A DNA stretch of 64,000 nucleotides from a plasmid. Each line of letters starts with the position of its first letter. Within the stretch, counting starts at the first letter, position 1. Made by a program: the position numbers and the translations under genes. The stretch is taken from the sequence record NZ_CP093377.1; one strand, written 5' to 3'. Under the pieces are notes generated by a model. It did no database searches, was not told where the DNA came from, and saw only the letters and a list, made by a program, of their open reading frames with translations. This document shows positions 49,384-58,922 of this stretch, piece after piece.

Positions 49384-50172
49384 ATGAAAGTACACAAATT
49401 AGCGGCATTAATAGTTACAACATACGTTAACTTTATTTCAACAGCACACGCTTCGACCACACAACCGCTGTTCAGCCACGAGCAGGAGGCGCGTATAGGC
49501 AAAATTGCGGCCGATTATCTGGTATCTCACCCGGAGATTCTGGTGATCGTCAGTCATAAGCTGCAGGAACAGCAGGAGGCACGTAAGCAGAAGATGTTTG
49601 CACTCAGCGTGATGGAGAATCAGGCGAACCTTCTGCATGACCCGGACACCCCGGCTTACGGGCCTGATAATGCAAAGGTCGCGGTGATTGAATTCTTTGA
49701 TTACCAGTGCGTGTTCTGCAGCCGCTTCGCGCCGGAGCTGGAGAAGGTCATGAAAGCGCAGCCGGACGTCCGCTACCTCTTTAAGGAGTGGCCAATATTT
49801 GGTGGTCGCTGGGAAGCCTCACTTCAGGCTGCGCAGCAGGGGCTGACGGTCTGGCAAAAGAAAGGGCCGCAGGCCTATGTCGCCTATCACAATGCCATCT
49901 ACGCGACCGGCCATAATGAAGGCAAACTGACGGCAGATGATATTCACGGGGCTGCGTTAAAAGCAGGACTGGCAACGCCGGCTCCGGGCGAGCATACCGC
50001 GTCCCTGGAGAAAAACAGCAATCTGGCGGAGGTGCTGGGGCTCACCGGAACGCCGGGAATCATCGTGATGCCCGTCACCGGCGCCACACCGGAAACCATC
50101 ACGGTTTTCCCGGAAGCCGTTACCGCTGACAGACTGCAGGCCGCTATAAGGAAGGCCTCGCGGGGACAATAG
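49384..50172 (+). CDS. DsbA-like periplasmic thiol:disulfide oxidoreductase
   Basis: Signal peptide plus CxxC thioredoxin motif (YQCVFCSRF). Confidence 0.65.
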   Translation: MKVHKLAALIVTTYVNFISTAHASTTQPLFSHEQEARIGKIAADYLVSHPEILVIVSHKLQEQQEARKQKMFALSVMENQANLLHDPDTPAYGPDNAKVAVIEFFDYQCVFCSRFAPELEKVMKAQPDVRYLFKEWPIFGGRWEASLQAAQQGLTVWQKKGPQAYVAYHNAIYATGHNEGKLTADDIHGAALKAGLATPAPGEHTASLEKNSNLAEVLGLTGTPGIIVMPVTGATPETITVFPEAVTADRLQAAIRKASRGQ

Positions 50173-50616
50173 TCCTCCGTCCGGCGAACGTCTCCCGCCA
50201 GAGACTGTTCTTCATGTTCCGCGCGTAAATGCCATTTTCCCTTTTCGTTCCCCTGCGCTTCCTCGATCAGGCCTTCCGGCCTGATGCTGCGGCGAGCGCT
50301 GCCGGTTAAAAGTCCCTTCAGGACAATTAGAACGCAAACAATGAACGCTAATCTGGCCTGACATCTGGAAATATTGCCAGCGAGAAGGTAGTATTCGGAT
50401 CGTCTGCGATCGTCTTGTGGTGGGACAGATTGTTGATTCAGATTACTTTTGTGACCTGGCTCAAACTGACGGTTTGACTGCTTTGTGGTGAGGCGGGCGG
50501 GTGGCAGAAGATGGTTTTACGGAAGAAATGCGGACTTCCGGAAACAGACAGGGCAGGACGTGTCCGGTAATAACGTTCAGGAGCAGGTGACGGGATTTCC
50601 CGGAGCCTGAATGCAC

Positions 50617-50666
50617 AAACCCCCTGAAATCTGTATCCACTTTGGCGGGCGGTTCAGATTCAGGGG
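50617..50666 (-). ncRNA. copA: CopA/CopT-type stem-loop of the IncFII copy-number control region
   Basis: Imperfect inverted repeat CCCCCTGAAATCTG ... CAGATTCAGGGGG in the repA leader. Confidence 0.4.
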
Positions 50667-50706
50667 GTCCAAAAGCAGGCGCGTTGCCTGTGAAGGATTA
50701 TAACGC

Positions 50707-50760
50707 ATGCACCATAGAAAACAACACCCGGCCGCCATAAGAACAGGCCGCCGTGAATGA
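50707..50760 (+). CDS. tap: RepA leader peptide Tap (17 aa), translationally coupled to repA1
   Basis: Translation MHHRKQHPAAIRTGRRE. Its stop TGA overlaps the GTG start of repA1. Confidence 0.55.
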   Translation: MHHRKQHPAAIRTGRRE

Positions 50761-51766
50761 CAATCAGATTTCTGTTCACTGGTCTGAGCTTCCGGCCGAA
50801 GAGTTAATCCGTTTCTGGCAGGACGTCGATGCCGGCACACAGGATAATTTTCTTACTGAGCCGGTCAAAAAGCGGACCCGCCGTAAGCGCGGTGAACACT
50901 CCACAAAAGCCAAATGTGAAAACCCGTCCTGGTTCCGTCCTGAGCATTATAAAAAGCTCTCCGGGGAACTGGGGCATGCCTACAACCGTCTCGTGATGTT
51001 CGACAAGCGGACCGGCCGCCCCAGACTGCGTGTTCACGTTTCCCGTCATCCCCTTTTTGTCACGGGTCGCCGTAAGGCAGGACGCAAATATGGTTTCCGG
51101 CCGGAACGTCAGCGCCTGAACGACGCCCTCTGGCCGCTCCTCGTGAGTTTCTGCGACGGGGGTAAGCACACCGTGGGTATGTGTATCTCTCGCCTGGCGA
51201 AGGAGCTGAGTCCGAAAGATGAAAACGGGAATGTCATTCCGGAAACGGAGGTGACAGTGTCACGTCTTTCTCGGCTTATTGATGAACTGGTACGCTTTGG
51301 TGTGCTTGGGCTGGCGGAAGAGCGCACCTGGGATCGGGGATCCCGCTCCTGGCTGCCGACTTATGTTTATATCACCCCTGTGGGATTCCAGATGCTGGGC
51401 GTCAATATGGACAAGCTGTTTAAGGAGCAGGATAAGAAGCTCCGTCAGAGCGCCGAGCGCGAGCAGCTGATCCGGGACGGGGTGATTAACGAACATGATG
51501 ATGTTCAGCCCCACTCTGCGCGTAAATGCTGGTCTGCCCGTAAGCGCCGTGAAGCACTGATTTACCGTCGTAAAAAAGGCGCTGAGCGTAAACGAGCCAA
51601 TAACCTGATAAAGCTGCCGGTGGACGAACGTCTTCATGCCATGGAAAAATGGGTTTTCAAAACCCTTCCTCATGATGAGGCGTACTGGTGTACGCCGGAA
51701 CGACTGACACAGCTGGCGATTCAGCATCTTTACCAGCTGGACCTGGCGCTGTCACCGCCGGACTAG
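50753..51766 (+). CDS. repA: IncFII-type replication initiator RepA1
   Basis: 337 aa. Its pattern parallels R100 RepA1 (HVSRHPLFVTGRRKAGRKYGF.. versus IHVAHARSRGLRRRMPPV..). Confidence 0.7.
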   Translation: MNDNQISVHWSELPAEELIRFWQDVDAGTQDNFLTEPVKKRTRRKRGEHSTKAKCENPSWFRPEHYKKLSGELGHAYNRLVMFDKRTGRPRLRVHVSRHPLFVTGRRKAGRKYGFRPERQRLNDALWPLLVSFCDGGKHTVGMCISRLAKELSPKDENGNVIPETEVTVSRLSRLIDELVRFGVLGLAEERTWDRGSRSWLPTYVYITPVGFQMLGVNMDKLFKEQDKKLRQSAEREQLIRDGVINEHDDVQPHSARKCWSARKRREALIYRRKKGAERKRANNLIKLPVDERLHAMEKWVFKTLPHDEAYWCTPERLTQLAIQHLYQLDLALSPPD

Positions 51767-52070
51767 CCGCGACATACGGCACATCATCTCCCTCTGTTCA
51801 CATGCCCCTCGCCGGGGCTTCTTGTGCTGGTTTTTCCCGGAAAAATTGAGCATTTTTTGTTCCCGCCATCCGGTCGGGCGGCATTTTCTGCCGCAAACGC
51901 ATTACCCTGATGGCCTGGAATACCGATGAATTCTTTTTTCCACAGAAATCCGCAAACGAATAATCACCTTTTCCGGAAATGAAAAAAACAGAACCCGCAA
52001 TTTAATCTAACCCCCTCTTTTTTATCGCTCTGTTCATTTCATTCCAGAGTGGATCTTTGTCTTCCGCCAC

Positions 52071-52079
52071 TCTGTGGAT
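52071..52079 (-). promoter_or_regulatory. DnaA box (TTATCCACA) in the IncFII oriR region downstream of repA1
   Basis: TGTGGATAA on the + strand, within an AT-rich stretch 51.8-52.1 kb. Confidence 0.5.
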
Positions 52080-52614
52080 AATTAAAAAGGCCTTCGCATG
52101 CAGCGGCCTCACGGCCGCGCGCTCAGATGAAAATCAAAAGTACCTCCCGTCGCAGGCGACGGGCCCCGTTCTGGCCAGAACCTGACACCGTCTCCTGGCC
52201 TGCCCCCTGTTAAACCGACGCCGCCCCGGCCCGAAGGGCCGGAACACCCTCGCTTTAAGAGGGATGTTGTAACTAGTCAACGTAATAGCTGCAGGTTGAG
52301 TCGCGGTAAGTTCGCTGTACACGCTCGTAAGCGCCTCACGGCGCTAACGCGGAGATACAGCCCATCAGCGGCCTCTGGCCTCGACGGGCTCACTCCGACC
52401 GCGCACGTCACCATCAGGCGTGGCGGTTACCGGATATGGCTTTGCAGGGTAAGGGATGGGACAGGCAGAACCTTTCAAACCGCAGCGGCTTACGCCGGTC
52501 ACGACGCCCCTCACCAGAATCACCCGGTTCAGCTCCGGCTGGCGTCTCCATGCCGCTTCGCGGCATCATGACCATGAGCCTTTATGTTGAATATCACTCT
52601 GCGGGGGTGACCGG

Positions 52615-52845
52615 ATGGACTATTCAGATACCTTCATGCGACAGCATGATGAAATGTGCCAGGTGGTGGGCAGTATTGTGTTTTCACTTATCGAAGCCGG
52701 GCATGACTCAACAAGCGAAAACATCGTGCTCGTGCTGCGCAACGGGCTTGCCGAAACCGGGAGATGGGAACCGGACCAGCTTCTGTACCTCCAGCTGGCC
52801 ATTGATTTACTGCAGCGTGGCCGCAACATACCCGGACCGGGCTGA
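52615..52845 (+). CDS. YmgB/AriR-like small protein
   Basis: 76 aa; weak family resemblance only. Confidence 0.3.
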   Translation: MDYSDTFMRQHDEMCQVVGSIVFSLIEAGHDSTSENIVLVLRNGLAETGRWEPDQLLYLQLAIDLLQRGRNIPGPG

Positions 52846-52865
52846 CTCCGGAAACGGTGTCAGGT

Positions 52866-53633
52866 TTACCAGAGCTTTTCCAGTATGAGCAGGACCAGCA
52901 GATGACCGGTATAGGCCATATAAAAGAAATGACGCGGCATAAAACGCTGACGGCCTGCCGGGCAGAGGTCCGTGCACAGGGACATTGCTATCAGGGGGAA
53001 TACCAGTGTTGGCAGTGTGGCCAGTAATAATGTCTCTGCAGGCATGCTGAGCAGATGCGTGATACCGTTTAAGCAGAGCAGTGACAGCACGGCAACAAAG
53101 GCGGCCCTGCGCTTCATTTCGGGGGCAGAGCTTCCCGTAACGGTTGCCAGGCTGACGGCCAGTATGACGCCCGACAGGCCATAACTTGCGGGCTGAAGCG
53201 GAAATATCATGAGCGCCAGAAGCAGCCCACCGACAAGGTTTCCCTTCTGGCCATACCGGTACCGCAGGGCAAGCAGCTGCGTGACGCCGGCGAACACGAA
53301 CAGGATGTTCATCGCCCACCACGGCTGGTGATCCAGGAAGGCCAGGCTGAATACCGGCTGCGTGATGACTGCCCAGATCCACAGCCGGTTTGCCCTTACC
53401 TGCAGACGTTCTGGCGAACGCTGCACGTTCATCGCCCATATAAGCGTGAACAGGGGGAAGGCCATCCGGCCAAGCGCATACATCACCGGCCAGGCTGGCG
53501 TCAGAAACAGCGTATTGATGTGATCGATGAACATGGCCAGAAGCGCCACGAGCTTGATCATATCCAGTGCTGCCGGGCTGGGTTGGCCGGTTTTCTGCAG
53601 GTTGTGAAATGCATCGGGTACGAACAGATTCAT
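52866..53633 (-). CDS. traX: TraX-like pilin acetyltransferase (inverted and displaced from the tra operon)
   Basis: Polytopic membrane protein with motifs IKLVALLAMFIDHIN and GRMAFPLF, like F TraX. SD GGGGAG precedes the ATG. Confidence 0.7.
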   Translation of the reverse strand: MNLFVPDAFHNLQKTGQPSPAALDMIKLVALLAMFIDHINTLFLTPAWPVMYALGRMAFPLFTLIWAMNVQRSPERLQVRANRLWIWAVITQPVFSLAFLDHQPWWAMNILFVFAGVTQLLALRYRYGQKGNLVGGLLLALMIFPLQPASYGLSGVILAVSLATVTGSSAPEMKRRAAFVAVLSLLCLNGITHLLSMPAETLLLATLPTLVFPLIAMSLCTDLCPAGRQRFMPRHFFYMAYTGHLLVLLILEKLW

Positions 53634-54082
53634 GCTGAATACTCCCCAGACGACATGCGGTCAGCAGCCAGCCCTGAACAGAATGCCAGAATACTCTGCC
53701 GGTTTGCGATGTCACCCTGACTTTTAATTTTTCCAGAATTTTGCGCACCGCAAATTCTGATTTATCCCGCAGCACACGCATGGCGCCGGCCACATCTTTA
53801 TTCTGAATACAAATAGTTAAAATATGAAAGTCGTTCATGTATCACCCCGTCCGTACTATATTGTTATCGGCAACAACCACAACATATTTAGATTAGGGGA
53901 CGCACTGACCTGTAAATAATTATTTCAGTTTCGAGGGCCCATTCTTTATTTACGAAATAACCGGCCATTAAATGACAGCAGCCAGAATTAACTTACACCA
54001 GTATAATACACTTCCTTTTTATAATTTTCAGCGAATATCTCTTTGCCGGACATTCATCCTGACATGTTCTTTCTGTAAAGTT

Positions 54083-54469
54083 TCAACTGAATACAGACCA
54101 GGAATCAGCTTTATCCAGCTGATTCCTTATGAGAAACGCATCAACTTCTCCTCTCATTGCCGGTAACAGTTCCAGCGTATCAAGCTGCCCGGCAGGATCG
54201 TATTTTTCTGGTTCGTCATTTAACTCACAGCCTGCCCGGTGCATAACAATGACACTGATAGTCATTATATAGGGCTGCTCATCGTAGTGGTAGCCGGGTG
54301 AGTCAGGGTACTGTTCTTCGAACAGTTCGATCAACCGGAGAGTTTCCGCTTTTATTTCCTTTTCCCTGGAGATAATCAGAGCCATTCGCCGTGCTTCTTC
54401 TGATTTAATGGCCTGTTCTGCATCTTTGAGAGCCTGTCGTTTACGGGGGTCTCCCGATCTCTTTTTCAT
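54083..54469 (-). CDS. Hypothetical protein, 128 aa
   Basis: ORF track. Confidence 0.4.
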   Translation of the reverse strand: MKKRSGDPRKRQALKDAEQAIKSEEARRMALIISREKEIKAETLRLIELFEEQYPDSPGYHYDEQPYIMTISVIVMHRAGCELNDEPEKYDPAGQLDTLELLPAMRGEVDAFLIRNQLDKADSWSVFS

Positions 54470-54812
54470 AATTATTGAATCTCAATATATTGAATGTACT
54501 AATTATCAGTATTTATAACATTAGCCGTTTTATAAGACCATTATCAACCCCTGCGGTGCAGCATTCAGTGAAAATTACCCGGCCTGCAATTTCTTTGCGT
54601 CTGGCAGCCGTACATCATGTTGAACAGATACAGTGAGATTACAGTCTGATAAAAGTCTGTCCCTGAATATGGTACAGGATGTACTTCTCGCATGACTTTT
54701 CTGCGTCAGAATCAGTCAATTCCCCTCCTTTAGAGGGAGATCGTATGCTAAAGTTTGTCAGCTTAACAGGGGGTAGTCTGGTGACAGGAAATTAAAAAAG
54801 GACAAATACTCA

Positions 54813-55340
54813 ATGGCTTTACAAGGAAAATTTGTTGTTAATGACGCTACCTTTAGCCCTTTGACGTTCTATGGCATAGGCACATTTCTGGCTTATTCCG
54901 GTAATGACTAATACCGGAATCGTGCGGGGTGTATTGGTGTCCATGATAATGGTCCAATTCCTGACGGCCGTTATCACATAGTCAATCGCCCTTCCGGAGG
55001 ATGGAAAGGGGTTATTCGTACTGATCTCCATGATTTTTATTCATGGCCGACTTCAAGGCCGGTGATCAAGTATGAGTGGTTTGCCCTGTATCGCGATGAC
55101 GGGAAAATTGACGATCACACATGGGTTAATGGTGTTGAACGGGGGAATTTCCGTTTGCATCCCCCAGGTCCTCTTGGGATAGCCCTAGGATGCATTACGT
55201 TGCAACATCGCACTGACTTCATTGCGATTCGACAGGCGTTAATGTCAACGCCGCAGATCAGGCTCCCTAATGGTCTGATGTCTTATGGAACGATTGAGGT
55301 GATCTTGAATGGCCGCGAGACGTGTCCCGACGGGATTTAG
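54813..55340 (+). pseudogene. DUF2778 (Tlde1/L,D-transpeptidase-like) gene interrupted by an in-frame TAA at 54909
   Basis: Own translation from ATG 54813: MALQGKFVVNDATFSPLTFYGIGTFLAYSGND*YRNRAGCIGVHDNGPIPDGRYHIV...FRLHPPGPLGIALGCITL. These are DUF2778 hallmarks. Confidence 0.5.
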
Positions 55341-55639
55341 AGTTTGCATGTATCATCCTTTGTGCATTTGCCACGATGGGAAGTAGTTGCTTACAGCGCA
55401 GCCTTGAGGATACAAGATTAAGACAGTTGCTTATAGCTGCGCTGGACAGAATTCCTGAACAACGGACTAAGCACTTGGTTTTTGTTCACCTGCTAACTTT
55501 CCATATATCACAAGCCATTCAAGCCGCTTTTCCAGCCAGGCGAATCACCAGCAACACATTACTATCAGCTGCTGATGGAAACCATCCGCTGGACGCTGCT
55601 TCCGCCGGCAGAGTGAAGTCCGCTGACAATTCTCACTGA
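55322..55639 (+). CDS. Small protein overlapping the end of the DUF2778 gene (possible cognate immunity protein)
   Basis: ORF track; GTG start inside the previous gene's 3' end. Confidence 0.3.
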   Translation: MSRRDLEFACIILCAFATMGSSCLQRSLEDTRLRQLLIAALDRIPEQRTKHLVFVHLLTFHISQAIQAAFPARRITSNTLLSAADGNHPLDAASAGRVKSADNSH

Positions 55640-55659
55640 TATCACTATCGGGTCAGCTG

Positions 55660-55977
55660 TCAGGCATGGCCCGGTTTAAAAAGATAAGCTGACAGTTCTG
55701 CTGCGGTGATATCAAACTCGAGTTGCTGTATGACTTCTGCCAGTTTTTTCGCTGCCGTATCGCGGTCAATCTGATTCAGTAAAATCTGGAGAGCGGCCTG
55801 TTTAAGCTCCGGAGGCAGATGTTCCAGATCAATAATAATATCGCCGTCAGTTTCTTCAGCCGGTTCCCTGAAAAGCCAGCCGTAGTCCGTGTGTTCAGCA
55901 TGCATGTCAGTAGTCTCCGTTATCATCCTGCTCCAAAACTCAATAACCCGGAAGGTATTCGGGTCAAAAAGGGCCAA
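55660..55977 (-). CDS. Hypothetical acidic protein, 105 aa, third gene of the Abi_2 module
   Basis: ORF track; 15-nt gap from the upstream gene. Confidence 0.4.
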   Translation of the reverse strand: MALFDPNTFRVIEFWSRMITETTDMHAEHTDYGWLFREPAEETDGDIIIDLEHLPPELKQAALQILLNQIDRDTAAKKLAEVIQQLEFDITAAELSAYLFKPGHA

Positions 55978-55992
55978 TAAAGATATGGGAAC

Positions 55993-57042
55993 CTAGAGAA
56001 TGGCGATGGAATTATCAGCACCGATTGTGAGGACTGTCTGACCCTCCTTTACAATCCGGATAAACTCGTTCTTCTCAAGAACCCGGATTAATCTGCTGAT
56101 TCCTTTACCACCACGTGACACTTTTATCTGTGCTTTAATCTTTTCGGGGGCTATATAGCTGTTCAGCCCGTCCACCGAGCACAGAGCATAGAATCTCAGG
56201 TTTGCCGAGTGGCTCAGGAAATTCACTTTCCGGTCAGGATTCATCCATCCGATCATATCCAGAATATCGTCATAATGTTTCCTCAGTAGGCTACAGCTGG
56301 CCTGGGCTCCGTATACCGGATTTCCGTAATCCGGTTTACCGGTCTTCGGATCGTCATGGTGGAACTTCCAGATGGCCTCGTGGTGGGACAATCTGTTACG
56401 CAGTTCCTTGATGCGATAAAACTGATCGCATATTTCCTTTCGTTCATAATGGGCCGGAGCATTTGGAAACACTGTACGCGTCAGATGAGGCCAGAGCAGG
56501 GTTTTATGTGCCCCCTGAGGGTTCTCGTAATATCGGGTTAGTAACATTGTCCAGAAGCCAAAGGACAAACCGGAAATCACACGGTTCGGAGTAATTAACT
56601 TGCTGGTCTTGGCAATTTCATCGATTGCCATTTTTACCTGATTTTCAACCGGTATTGTTTTCTTCAATACACGATTACCGTATTGATCCAGCAAAAAACC
56701 CTGAGCATCCCTTGGCTGGGTTGTTTTTTTCGGATCCGGGCGTTTGTACCTGTCATTATTTTTGGGATACGCTTTGTCCCCCATATAACGGGGAAGATCA
56801 AATATCCAGTTGTGATCTGTCTTCCACAAAGAGGAGGCTACTGCGGCCGGAGGCGGGTTCGTCCGTATAGCATGATCAAGCGCATTGCGCAGTGTGACTT
56901 CCAGACACTGCAGGGCTGGCAGCATGGCGCCGCAAAGCGCCTTGTTCCAGTGATATGCTGACATTACCTGTGCTGGCGTTATTTTAAGATGTTGAACATA
57001 GATATCGAGGCGTTCTTTGTTAATGAACAGATCAAGGCTCAT
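55993..57042 (-). CDS. Abi_2-family (AbiD/AbiF-like, HEPN superfamily) abortive-infection protein
   Basis: 349 aa with the Rx4H HEPN motif in ELRNRLSHHEAIWK and an upstream LSFGFWTMLL segment typical of the Abi_2 family. Confidence 0.6.
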   Translation of the reverse strand: MSLDLFINKERLDIYVQHLKITPAQVMSAYHWNKALCGAMLPALQCLEVTLRNALDHAIRTNPPPAAVASSLWKTDHNWIFDLPRYMGDKAYPKNNDRYKRPDPKKTTQPRDAQGFLLDQYGNRVLKKTIPVENQVKMAIDEIAKTSKLITPNRVISGLSFGFWTMLLTRYYENPQGAHKTLLWPHLTRTVFPNAPAHYERKEICDQFYRIKELRNRLSHHEAIWKFHHDDPKTGKPDYGNPVYGAQASCSLLRKHYDDILDMIGWMNPDRKVNFLSHSANLRFYALCSVDGLNSYIAPEKIKAQIKVSRGGKGISRLIRVLEKNEFIRIVKEGQTVLTIGADNSIAIL

Positions 57043-57181
57043 ACGGCATCCCGGGAAAAATGTTTGACATACGTGGCGTGTGTCTGCTTTAATTCACACA
57101 TCAAAGCGGTGTGCCGTAGTACAGGCCTCACGCGACAATAGTTGTTCGGAAAAGCCATCCTTCGGGGTGGCTTTTCTCGTT

Positions 57182-57763
57182 TCAGAGCCCGTCCACGGGT
57201 TCTAGTTTCTTCTCCGCACGAATAGTATTGATGTCTGCGTAAAACTTCTCAGCTCCGACCGGATAAAAAACCTCATGAAATACCCGGTCGATCAACTTCG
57301 CATCACGGCCGGCAATTTCATTAAACAGCGAAAACGTCAGGGACAGGCCACGGGGGATATAGGCAAACTGGCTGTGCAGAACCTGGCTGGCCCGCAGATG
57401 AAGATAAGGCATATTCCTCATCATGAGCTGCTGTAAATCGTCATGGGTGGTCAGTTTCAGCAGCGCCTTATACTTAAGGTTATTACCGGTAATCATATCG
57501 TTTTCAAACCAGTGTTCGGCGACCTTTATGCCGAACTGCTTACCGAGTTCTTCATCCATCAGGCTGACAAGCGGGCTTGTCCGGCTGAAGTTCTTTATCA
57601 AATCCTGAAATTCCTGAGTCAGGAGTTCTTTCAGAAAATCGCTTTTGGACTTACCAGCTATGCTGGCCTGCACCGTAATCATCGCATCAACATCAAGCGG
57701 GATATTTCGCACCGTAAGGGTTGCTGTTTTGTTTACGTCTGGTTCCTGTTCCTGAAATGTCAT
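57182..57763 (-). CDS. RHH (CopG/Arc-like) N-terminal domain protein with an unknown C-terminal domain, first gene of the Abi_2 module
   Basis: N-terminus TLTVRNIPLDVDAMITVQASIAGKSKSDFLKELL has a ribbon-helix-helix pattern. Confidence 0.45.
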   Translation of the reverse strand: MTFQEQEPDVNKTATLTVRNIPLDVDAMITVQASIAGKSKSDFLKELLTQEFQDLIKNFSRTSPLVSLMDEELGKQFGIKVAEHWFENDMITGNNLKYKALLKLTTHDDLQQLMMRNMPYLHLRASQVLHSQFAYIPRGLSLTFSLFNEIAGRDAKLIDRVFHEVFYPVGAEKFYADINTIRAEKKLEPVDGL

Positions 57764-58292
57764 AATGATCCCCATTAACACTGAAGCAATAACATTGCTC
57801 TACTCATGTTGCACATAGTCACACATGATTCATTTCATGTCAAATGCATCAAATTATGTCTTATGCATCAATCCGAGTGTTAAGACTTATAGTGACAACC
57901 TGGTATTATTGCGCAGATCCGAAAAAAGCTAGTCCCGGATCTTATGGAACCGCACCGGCGCGCAGCACCCCTCGCAGGCCACATCTTGTGGTCAATGTCG
58001 CTTTCTCCTCGATGTTATATCCCATATATTGTGTTACGTCCTCTTACGGAAACCCGGTCGCTGCACACCGGTAAACGCCGCTTTGCTTATTCCGCATGCG
58101 TGGTACACTTCCGGAAAGTTATGATATGCCAGAAAGTCGGATCCTGCCGGAACGGCCATCCGGTAATTTATTGGAGTGGTTATATGACTGCTTATTATAA
58201 ACCTGTAAATGATGACGGAAGGGGAAAATCATCCGGGTGACAGACACAGGTTTGTGCGCAGGAGGTTGTGCTGCGAATCATAATTACTCTGA

Positions 58293-58640
58293 GTGACTAT
58301 TTTTACGGGAATGATTTGGGAGGGGATGATGTCTATTACGCTGCAGAAAATATGTGAGAGTCTGAGAGTCGAGTACGGTCATCACGAATTATGGCTGGAC
58401 TGGCGGGAGTGGCCTTTCCGGCAGCATAATCCGGCGCTGGAGCGTCAGCCGGTGGTCATATCATGTTCCGGTCGCCAGCTTGCAGCCTGGGACGGCGCCG
58501 GTGACAGCTGGTCTTTTGTTCAGGGACGGGAGCAACTTAGCTTTGATGACCAGTCGGATTACTTCAATCCTGGAAGAAATAAGGACAACTTTCTCGACGC
58601 CAGACGTATTGCCGAGTTAAAGGAAAAATACCGATTCTGA
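58293..58640 (+). CDS. Hypothetical protein, 115 aa
   Basis: ORF track. Confidence 0.4.
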   Translation: MTIFTGMIWEGMMSITLQKICESLRVEYGHHELWLDWREWPFRQHNPALERQPVVISCSGRQLAAWDGAGDSWSFVQGREQLSFDDQSDYFNPGRNKDNFLDARRIAELKEKYRF

Positions 58641-58706
58641 TGCTCTCTCCGGGTCGAAATGCGCAGAGCCGGGATTTCTCAACAGATCATCTGGACAGAA
58701 AAAGCC

Positions 58707-58922
58707 ATGAAAAAGAAAAAAACGTCAGAGCCGGGGTTACTGAGGCGTATAGTCGCTGACCCTGAGCGACCGGATAACACGCTGAAAGCCGGAATTTACT
58801 ATACCTGGCCCTATGGCTGGGAGCCTGCGGATTTCACGCCAATGATGCGCCGAATTCTTGGCGGAAAACGTACACGCCATGTGATGATGTTCGATGAATT
58901 CCATCAGGTGTTCAGAAAATGA
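58707..58922 (+). CDS. Hypothetical small basic protein
   Basis: Internal ATG (MKKKK) of ORF 58659..58922. Confidence 0.3.
   Translation: MKKKKTSEPGLLRRIVADPERPDNTLKAGIYYTWPYGWEPADFTPMMRRILGGKRTRHVMMFDEFHQVFRK

Noticed and set aside
49240-50172. Calling the post-traI ORF TraX by synteny
   Set aside because: The protein is soluble with a signal peptide and CxxC motif (DsbA-like), not a polytopic acyltransferase. A true TraX-like gene is at 52866..53633 on the other strand.
52807-53838. 343-aa minus-strand ORF overlapping traX-like in another frame
   Set aside because: A long GC-rich alternative frame over a well-supported membrane-protein gene. At most its first ~65 codons (53636-53838) could be a separate small ORF, and no RBS evidence supports that.
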